This document shows, in pieces, positions 58,547 through 64,000 of a DNA stretch of 64,000 nucleotides. Origin of the DNA: a virus. The stretch is from IMG/VR virus record IMGVR_UViG_3300045988_163768; one strand, written 5' to 3'. Below the pieces are notes generated by a model, which was given only the letters and a program-made list of their open reading frames with translations, was not told the origin of the DNA and did not search any database. The translations under genes were made by a program, and so were the position numbers. Numbering within the stretch: the stretch's first letter is position 1; each line of letters starts with the position of its first letter.

Positions 58547-58779
58547 TGAGCGTATCAAGAAAAGAGATAGTTAGAATTAGAAAGAATCTTCTTAGACAGA
58601 TGGATGTTTTTATCAGAGAAAATATTAGCGAAGACATTGTCATTGACGTTTGGTTTACTTGTGGGTTAGAAGATGGGTGGGATGAGAGAATCTTGACGCA
58701 GTACGCAAATGATGATGACGCATGGAATGATTGTATTAATGCTTGCAGAAGATGTTGTAAAATTGAAGGAATTTTATAA
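58547..58779 (+). CDS. hypothetical early protein, paralog B of the 58242 gene
   Basis: 77 aa; SEDIVIDVWFTCGLEDGWDERILTQYANDDDAWNDCINACRRCCKIEGI, roughly 45% identical to paralog A. Confidence 0.45.
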
Positions 58780-58786
58780 AAAGGGG

Positions 58787-58815
58787 TTGACAAAATCAGC
58801 TTCTTGTGATATAAT
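58787..58815 (+). promoter_or_regulatory. early promoter unit
   Basis: GGGGTTGACA at 58787-58792, TATAAT at 58810-58815. Confidence 0.5.
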
Positions 58816-58847
58816 AAAGACAGTTAAAGAAAGAGAGGAAAACAATA

Positions 58848-59000
58848 ATGACAAGGACAGAGATGATGGATAAAATGATTCAAGTAAAAGGATTTGAAAA
58901 TGACACAGTAATTATATTCTGTAAAATAGCAGAGAATCAAAACATTTCAAAAGAAATAGTAAAAATTGCTTATGAAGCAATAATGAAACGAAAAAAATAA
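58848..59000 (+). CDS. hypothetical 50-aa early protein
   Basis: GAGAGG Shine-Dalgarno; MTRTEMMDKMIQVKGFENDTVIIFCKIAENQNISKEIVKIAYEAIMKRKK. Confidence 0.35.
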   Translation: MTRTEMMDKMIQVKGFENDTVIIFCKIAENQNISKEIVKIAYEAIMKRKK

Positions 59001-59066
59001 GAAATCACGTGAATTTAATAATAAATAATGAAAATAACTAGTCATAAGCAGAAAAAATTTTTATAA

Positions 59067-59100
59067 CAAAAGTCTAAGTAAATTAGACTTTTGTTTTTTG
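59067..59100 (+). terminator. rho-independent terminator
   Basis: CAAAAGTCTAA...TTAGACTTTTG stem followed by T6. Confidence 0.55.
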
Positions 59101-59163
59101 TGCAAAATGCTGAATTTTATTTTTGTGCAAAATGACGAAAATAAAAAATTTTTTAAAAAGGGG

Positions 59164-59259
59164 TTGACAAGTCGCGGAAAATGTGTTATAATAGCCGGCT
59201 CGCGAGCAGTCAATGCGAGCCGAGCCTTCCATTATAACATAGTTGAGACATTTTGTCAA
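59164..59259. promoter_or_regulatory. convergent promoter pair 1: + strand TTGACA-17-TGtTATAAT and - strand TTGACA-17-TGtTATAAT bracketing a GC hairpin
   Basis: Plus-strand -35 at 59164-59169 and -10 at 59187-59192. GC hairpin GGCTCGC...GCGAGCC at 59197-59221. Minus-strand -10 at 59231-59236 (ATTATA) and -35 at 59254-59259 (TGTCAA). Confidence 0.5.
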
Positions 59260-59328
59260 GAGAAAAAATGCACAAATTTTTCAAAATTTTTATCCCAAAA
59301 TTTGTGCATTTTTTTTTGAAAAAAACTC

Positions 59329-59432
59329 TTGACAAGGTGGCTCGAGTATGTTATAATGAAAGAGGGCAAAGTCCGTTCGGGGTCGGGGCACCCCGAAATT
59401 TTATTATACCACATCTAGCACCTTTTTGTCAA
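59329..59432. promoter_or_regulatory. convergent promoter pair 2 bracketing the hairpin TTCGGGGTCGGGGCACCCCGAA
   Basis: Plus-strand TTGACA at 59329-59334 and TATAAT at 59352-59357. Hairpin at 59376-59397. Minus-strand -10 ATTATA at 59403-59408 and -35 TGTCAA at 59427-59432 (spacer 18). Confidence 0.5.
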
Positions 59433-59737
59433 TAGGCAATTTGCACAAAAAATAAATTAAAAAAATCCCATTTTTTGACATGGTATACAAAATGCACAAA
59501 ATTTAATAAAATAATACCAAAATTTTCTACACCTTGTGCAAAGTGACGAAATTTTAATAAAAAATCATACCTTTTTTGACACGCAGAAACACAATATGTG
59601 ATATTTAAGGTAGCAAAATGCACAAGAATCCGCCTAAATCCGCATTATTTTTCTACATTTGTATATTTTGACAAAAATACTATGATTTTTATATAAAATT
59701 TCATCACTTTTGCACAATAAAAAATAAATTTGACTTT

Positions 59738-59766
59738 TTCGCTAAGATGTAGTAATATATACTTGT
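59738..59766 (+). promoter_or_regulatory. promoter TTGACT-17-TAATAT upstream of the HAD hydrolase gene
   Basis: Promoter TTGACTTTTTCGCTAAGATGTAGTAATAT, followed by an 85-nt leader with GC hairpins. Confidence 0.4.
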
Positions 59767-59870
59767 CAAAGGACATTAAACTTAAATCAGAAATAAAGCA
59801 AAGCTTACATAATGAGCGGTCGGTCGCAAGGCACTTGCGATAATCAAAAAAGAAAGGATTGATAATTATT

Positions 59871-60344
59871 ATGATGGATAATACAATTAAAGAAATGATG
59901 AGCACAAAGGGAACTATTTATTTTGACATGGACGGCACACTTGCTAACTTCTACGGCGTGGAAAACTGGTTAGCATATTTGGAAAAAGAAGACACTACAC
60001 CATACAAAGTAGCAAAACCACTTTTTAATTTTTCAGTTTTCGCAAGAGTGCTTCACAAGTTACAAGCTAATGGCTATAGAATTGGTATTGTAAGCTGGTT
60101 AAGTAAAAGCGGGTCAGCTTCTTATAATACGGCGGTAACAAGTGTAAAACTTGCATGGCTTGAAAAACACTTACCTAGTATTAAATGGGATGAAATCAAA
60201 ATTGTAAACTATGGTACACCAAAAAGTACTGTCGTTGATTGCAAGGGGTGGCTTTTTGATGATGAAGAAAAAAATCGAATCGAGTGGGGAAAAGGTGCTT
60301 TTGATGTAAATAATATTATGGAAATCTTAAAAAGTTTTTTATAG
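59871..60344 (+). CDS. HAD-superfamily hydrolase (5'-nucleotidase-like)
   Basis: The FDMDGTL DxDGT motif I is present near the N-terminus; about 158 aa. Confidence 0.55.
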   Translation: MMDNTIKEMMSTKGTIYFDMDGTLANFYGVENWLAYLEKEDTTPYKVAKPLFNFSVFARVLHKLQANGYRIGIVSWLSKSGSASYNTAVTSVKLAWLEKHLPSIKWDEIKIVNYGTPKSTVVDCKGWLFDDEEKNRIEWGKGAFDVNNIMEILKSFL

Positions 60345-60361
60345 AAAGTAGGTGATAGAAT

Positions 60362-60541
60362 ATGATGGATAAAGCAATCAGAAGTGGTAAAGAACATAGA
60401 AAAGAATACCGCAGAGCAAAAGCAAAGTCAATGTCATGCAGAAATCATGGTTCATGCACTCATTGTTTAAACAATAGGTTGCATAAATATAAAATTAAAG
60501 AGTTGTCTACGAACCAACAGTTAAAAGATTTTAAAAAATAA
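60362..60541 (+). CDS. hypothetical 59-aa basic Cys/His protein (possible zinc binder)
   Basis: Not in the ORF track because it is under 60 aa; GGTGA Shine-Dalgarno; ...KSMSCRNHGSCTHCLNNRLHKYKIKEL... Confidence 0.3.
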   Translation: MMDKAIRSGKEHRKEYRRAKAKSMSCRNHGSCTHCLNNRLHKYKIKELSTNQQLKDFKK

Positions 60542-60551
60542 ACGAAAGTGC

Positions 60552-60580
60552 TTGACTTTTAAGCTAAGATGCGATATAAT
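60552..60580 (+). promoter_or_regulatory. promoter TTGACT-17-TATAAT inside a 64-bp perfect direct repeat (copy 1)
   Basis: Repeat at 60542-60605, identical to 61333-61396. Confidence 0.5.
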
Positions 60581-60635
60581 ACCATTGTAACAAGTTAATA
60601 GTAAAAAAAATAAATGAAAGTTGAGGAAATCAAAA

Positions 60636-61346
60636 ATGAGTAGAAGAAAAGAGTTTTTCATGGTATTGGATACAGAAACTGCGAATAGTGTAAATGAACC
60701 AATCCCTTATGATATTGGCTATGCTATTACAGATAGACACGGTAACATTGTCACCGAAAGAAGCTTTGTAGTCGCTGAGACATTTATTGACTTGAAAGAA
60801 GCTATGAATAGTGCCTACTACGCTGAAAAAATTCCGAAATACTGGGATGATTTAAAAAGCGGAAAAAGAACCATGAAAAGCATTTTCAATATTAGAAAAC
60901 AGATGTTTGCAGATATGAGAGAATATAATGTGAAAAAAGTTGGTGCTTACAATATGAATTTTGATAGAAAAGCATTAAACAATGCTATTAGATACCATAG
61001 CAAAAGTTTTATTCGCTGGTTTTTCCCTTATGGTACAGAATATTTTTGTATTTGGAACATGGCTTGTCAGATGATTTTAAGTACAAACACCTATATCAAA
61101 TTTGCTGAGAAAAACGGATTTGAGTCTGAAAAAGGCAATCTTTTAACTAATGCTGAGGTATGCTATAAATATATTAAAAAGAATATTGATTTTGTAGAAT
61201 CTCATACAGGCTTAGAAGATGTAAAAATTGAAATCGAAATTCTAAAAAAATGTTTTGACCAGCATAAAAAAATGGATAGAAGCATTAAGCCGTCATGTTG
61301 GAGACTTCCGCAGAAAAAAAGAAAAGAATTACACGAAAGTGCTTGA
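60636..61346 (+). CDS. DEDDh (DnaQ-like) 3'-5' exonuclease
   Basis: MVLDTETAN is an Exo I D-x-E motif, and HTGLEDVKIE is an Exo III H-x4-D motif. The ORF-track start at 60621 lies upstream of the ATG at 60636. Confidence 0.5.
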   Translation: MSRRKEFFMVLDTETANSVNEPIPYDIGYAITDRHGNIVTERSFVVAETFIDLKEAMNSAYYAEKIPKYWDDLKSGKRTMKSIFNIRKQMFADMREYNVKKVGAYNMNFDRKALNNAIRYHSKSFIRWFFPYGTEYFCIWNMACQMILSTNTYIKFAEKNGFESEKGNLLTNAEVCYKYIKKNIDFVESHTGLEDVKIEIEILKKCFDQHKKMDRSIKPSCWRLPQKKRKELHESA

Positions 61347-61371
61347 CTTTTAAGCTAAGATGCGATATAAT
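61343..61371 (+). promoter_or_regulatory. promoter inside the 64-bp direct repeat (copy 2)
   Basis: Identical to the 60552 unit. Confidence 0.5.
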
Positions 61372-61419
61372 ACCATTGTAACAAGTTAATAGTAAATTTT
61401 AAAAAGGATGTGATATAAC

Positions 61420-61794
61420 ATGGCTAAAACAACAGTGACCGCAGATGCAATCGAAAAGCTTGCTATTAAGCTGATGAAAGAATTTGAAGCGGACGGAGAA
61501 CCGGTAACTAAAGAGGAAGCTCTTGAAATGGCGGAAATGGAAATTAAGGCTAAAGGCATTAAGAACTATGTTCAGAGTACACCAGAGAAAAAAAGCACGA
61601 AAAAACGTGAGGTAAAATTGGACGCGGAAAAAGTCAAAATCATTGAAATTTTGGCAAGTCACTTGAAAGAAGTTGAGGAAATGAACTTTGAAAGTGTGAC
61701 AATCGCAAATCCGCAAAAAGAAATTACTTTCAAAATTGGCGGTGCGGAATATTCAATTTCGTTAATCAAACATAGACCACAAAAGAAAAAATAA
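61420..61794 (+). CDS. hypothetical Lys/Glu-rich protein
   Basis: 124-aa ORF with a GGATG-type Shine-Dalgarno. Confidence 0.4.
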   Translation: MAKTTVTADAIEKLAIKLMKEFEADGEPVTKEEALEMAEMEIKAKGIKNYVQSTPEKKSTKKREVKLDAEKVKIIEILASHLKEVEEMNFESVTIANPQKEITFKIGGAEYSISLIKHRPQKKK

Positions 61795-61802
61795 AAAAAT
61801 GC

Positions 61803-61831
61803 TTGACAATAGCAAAGAAAAGTAGTATAAT
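61803..61831 (+). promoter_or_regulatory. promoter TTGACA-17-TATAAT
   Basis: Promoter GCTTGACAATAGCAAAGAAAAGTAGTATAAT. Confidence 0.5.
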
Positions 61832-61948
61832 AACATTGTAGCAAATCAATAAATAAAATATTTTCAGCGGTTCGGATGGTCAGCAAAATCGACCACCGAC
61901 CGCAAGCCACCAAAAAAATTTTAAAAGAAAGAAAAGGGGAATTTGATT

Positions 61949-62356
61949 ATGACAAACACAAACAAAATGACAAAAAAAGACTTTTTTAAACTGCTGGCAG
62001 GTATCGTAGAAAAAACAGAAGATTTTGACAAGAAAACAGAAACACTTGACTTTATCAATCACGAGATTGAACTGTTAAATAAGAAATCTTCAGCACCAGG
62101 CAAAAAGAAAACAGCTCACATTAAAGAAAATGAGGAGCTTATGGAACTTATTGGAATTGCCTTAGAGCTGTTTGGTAAACCTGTCACGATAACTACAATG
62201 ATTAAAGAGAACGCCGAAATGAGTAAGCTTTCTTCTCAGAAGTTGTCTGCACTGTTGAAAAAAATGATTGAAGCCGGCAAAGTGGTCAGGACAGTTGAAA
62301 AAAGAGTTCCTTACTTTTCTCTTGCAAAAGAAGAAGAAACTGAGAAAGAAGAGTAA
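61949..62356 (+). CDS. hypothetical protein, paralog of the partial gene at 63619
   Basis: 135 aa. The HEIELLNKKSS...LELFGKPVTITTMIKEN...VVRTVEKRVPYFSLAKEE block is shared with the paralog. Confidence 0.45.
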   Translation: MTNTNKMTKKDFFKLLAGIVEKTEDFDKKTETLDFINHEIELLNKKSSAPGKKKTAHIKENEELMELIGIALELFGKPVTITTMIKENAEMSKLSSQKLSALLKKMIEAGKVVRTVEKRVPYFSLAKEEETEKEE

Positions 62357-62386
62357 AACTAAAAAGTAACTTATAAACCTTGTCAA

Positions 62387-62421
62387 GAGGGCGGATTACA
62401 CAAAATCCGTCCTCCTTTTTT
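62387..62421 (+). terminator. rho-independent terminator
   Basis: GAGGGCGGATT...AATCCGTCCTC stem followed by T6. Confidence 0.5.
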
Positions 62422-62644
62422 GTGCATTTTTTTTCTACTTTTTGCACAAAAAATCCGCTGCTGGAGGGATGTTTTTTATTTAAAAATACCAGAGAACAAA
62501 AAAGTCAATGCACATAAATTACAAAAATAGCCAAAAAATTTTTATAATTTTGGTATTGTTGCACAAAGAGTCCCAGTCTATAATTTTGTGAAAATGTAAC
62601 AAAAATAAGGCTCAAAAAATTTTTTATTTTGTTTATTTTGCCTA

Positions 62645-62738
62645 TTGACAAGCACCCGAAAGTGTGGTATAATAGCGGGTCGCCTTGGATCAAGGCGACC
62701 GAAATATCCATTATACCATACGCTGACGATTTTGTCAA
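62645..62738. promoter_or_regulatory. convergent promoter pair 3 bracketing the hairpin GGTCGCCTT-GGATC-AAGGCGACC
   Basis: Plus-strand TTGACA at 62645-62650 and TGGTATAAT ending at 62673. Hairpin at 62678-62700. Minus-strand -10 ATTATACCA starting at 62710 and -35 TGTCAA at 62733-62738. Confidence 0.5.
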
Positions 62739-63004
62739 GAGAAAAAATGCACAAAAATAAAAAACTTTTTATCCCAAAATTCTCCGTTTTGCACAAAAAT
62801 CTCTGTCAATAGGTAAAATGAACAAAATTTTATATCAAAATCCGCCAATTTTCTCTATTATGCACAATGCTAAACCTGTCAATAGTCAAAATAGACAAAA
62901 TATTTTATTATATTTTGTGTAAAATGCCATTGACTTTTATTTTTTCTTTTGATATAATGTATACATAAAATAAATAAGAAATAAGAAATAGGAAGGTGGT
63001 ACTT

Positions 63005-63280
63005 ATGTTAGAAAAAATTTTAGACCGCTTAGAAGCGGATTTAGAAAAAGGTGGTTTTTGGAATAGTGATAGTTATAGCTATAATTATAGCTATAATGCT
63101 ATTAATGATTTATTAGAATCCTATCAAAAAGAAGGATGGGAGTTTGAATTTGATATTGATTTTATTGAATATCTTAATCCAAAACAACCAAATATTGTAA
63201 GCTTTTCTCTTGCCTGGATTGAAGAAGGTAAGCTTATGACTCAAGTAGTTTTGTGGGAACAAGAAAAAATAAAAAAGTAA
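63005..63280 (+). CDS. hypothetical protein
   Basis: 91 aa from the ATG at 63005 (AGGAAGGTGG Shine-Dalgarno); the ORF-track GTG start is at 62996. Confidence 0.4.
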   Translation: MLEKILDRLEADLEKGGFWNSDSYSYNYSYNAINDLLESYQKEGWEFEFDIDFIEYLNPKQPNIVSFSLAWIEEGKLMTQVVLWEQEKIKK

Positions 63281-63309
63281 TTGACAAAAGCAAAAAAGTA
63301 TGCTATAAT
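63281..63309 (+). promoter_or_regulatory. promoter unit TTGACA-17-TATAAT plus leader ATCAAAAGAAAGAAAGAGG
   Basis: Near-identical to the unit at 63563-63591. Confidence 0.5.
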
Positions 63310-63342
63310 AAATATATCAAAAGAAAGAAAGAGGTATTGACT

Positions 63343-63531
63343 ATGAGAACAATGAATTACACAAAAGGTTTTGCAAGCATGAGAAAAGCTGATTTTATCA
63401 AACTCTGGAATACAGACTTTGTGTTCAGAAATTTTGCAAAGAATAAAGGTATTAACGTTATCCAGAATAATGTTATCTTTTTCAATGCTGATGGCTCTGT
63501 TAAGTCTATTGCTGGTGCTTACATTAAGTAA
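63343..63531 (+). CDS. hypothetical 62-aa protein
   Basis: ATG at 63343 after the conserved Shine-Dalgarno; the ORF-track start at 63253 overlaps the promoter. Confidence 0.35.
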   Translation: MRTMNYTKGFASMRKADFIKLWNTDFVFRNFAKNKGINVIQNNVIFFNADGSVKSIAGAYIK

Positions 63532-63562
63532 GCACCAGAAAAGAAAAAAAATAAAAAAGTAA

Positions 63563-63591
63563 TTGACAAAAACAAAAAAGTATGCTATAAT
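63563..63591 (+). promoter_or_regulatory. promoter unit, a copy of the 63281 unit
   Basis: Promoter AATTGACAAAAACAAAAAAGTATGCTATAAT. Confidence 0.5.
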
Positions 63592-63618
63592 AAATATATC
63601 AAAAGAAAGAAAGAGGTA

Positions 63619-64000
63619 ATGAATATGATGAAAGACAAAATGACAAAAAAAGATTGGTTTGAAACCATTAGAGCTTTTCTGGAAGAAAGTGACTTTGAAC
63701 TAAAAGAAGAAGCACTTAACTTTCTCAGCCATGAAATCGAGCTGTTGAATAAAAAATCTTCCAGCGGTAAAAAAACCAAAAATCAGAAAGAAAATGAGGA
63801 AATTAAAAAACTCATTCTTGTGGCTCTGGAGTTATTTGGTAAACCTGTTACAGTTACAACCATGATTAAAGAAAACTCTGAGATGAACAAACTTTCTCCT
63901 CAGAAGTTATCGGTTCTTCTTAAACAGCTTGTCGAATCCGAAGAAGTGGTTAGAACTGTTGAAAAAAGAGTTCCTTACTTCTCTCTTGCAAAAGAAGAAG
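63619..64000 (+). CDS. hypothetical protein, partial (runs off the window end), paralog of the 61949 gene
   Basis: MNMMKDKMTKKDWFETIRAFLEE...SHEIELLNKKSS...LELFGKPVTVTTMIKENSEMNKLSPQKLSVLLKQL...VVRTVEKRVPYFSLAKEE. Confidence 0.4.
   Translation, partial: MNMMKDKMTKKDWFETIRAFLEESDFELKEEALNFLSHEIELLNKKSSSGKKTKNQKENEEIKKLILVALELFGKPVTVTTMIKENSEMNKLSPQKLSVLLKQLVESEEVVRTVEKRVPYFSLAKEE

Noticed and set aside
59098-59905. ORF-track ORFs 59098-59319, 59253-59435, 59429-59623 (-), 59645-59905 (-), 56815-57024 (-), 57141-57446 (-), 58386-58793 (-), 60209-60397 (-), 61399-61716 (-), 61659-62062 (-), 62162-62386 (-), 62505-62796 (-), 63585-63779 (-)
   Set aside because: They span consensus promoters, terminators and repeat arrays, or lie antisense to small genes that do have promoter plus Shine-Dalgarno. 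The translated sequences are low-complexity. This region is better explained as regulatory DNA plus plus-strand small genes.
59286-62780. TTTTTATCCCAAAAT boxes considered as DnaA boxes
   Set aside because: There are two mismatches to TTATCCACA. They co-occur with the TGCACAAA half-sites and look like part of the same phage-specific operator.

Overview
This 64-kb window looks like part of a large tailed phage (or prophage) genome from a very AT-rich host, roughly 28-30% GC with Firmicutes-like codon use. It has three blocks. Block 1 (1-9.65 kb, + strand) is a DNA-metabolism/replication module with DnaE-type DNA polymerase III alpha (PHP domain), a guanylate-kinase-like NMP kinase, anaerobic ribonucleotide reductase NrdD with its radical-SAM activase NrdG, dUTPase and a RuvC-like resolvase. 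Block 2 (9.67-53.5 kb, - strand) is one long late structural/packaging operon of about 41 kb driven by a consensus promoter at about 53.55 kb. In transcription order it encodes two zinc-ribbon proteins, a terminase large subunit split by a group I intron carrying a LAGLIDADG homing endonuclease, a small DUF559/Vsr-like endonuclease, portal, scaffold and major capsid. These are followed by head-tail connector proteins, major tail protein, a 2842-aa tape-measure protein, a 1584-aa tail-tip protein, tail fibers and baseplate-like proteins, and a terminal cassette containing a TNF/C1q-like protein and a Cys-rich membrane protein. Blocks 1 and 2 converge on a bidirectional terminator at about 9.66 kb. 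Block 3 (53.6-64 kb, + strand) is an early/accessory region. It starts with an operon encoding a SLOG/DUF2493-like protein and a bacterial-type PARG macrodomain, which is a candidate anti-defence pair. A 1.2-kb ORF-free regulatory region follows, with iteron-like repeats, a promoter and an extremely AT-rich tract. Beyond it is a remarkable array of more than 15 near-identical strong promoters (TTGACA-17-TATAAT) with conserved Shine-Dalgarno leaders, each driving a tiny ORF, including tandem paralog pairs. That array also contains a HAD phosphatase and a DEDDh exonuclease. The most unusual elements are three copies of face-to-face, overlapping extended-consensus promoter pairs bracketing GC-rich hairpins. 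I saw no integrase, repressor, endolysin, tRNA or CRISPR array in the window. All coordinates were read by eye and may be off by a few bases.
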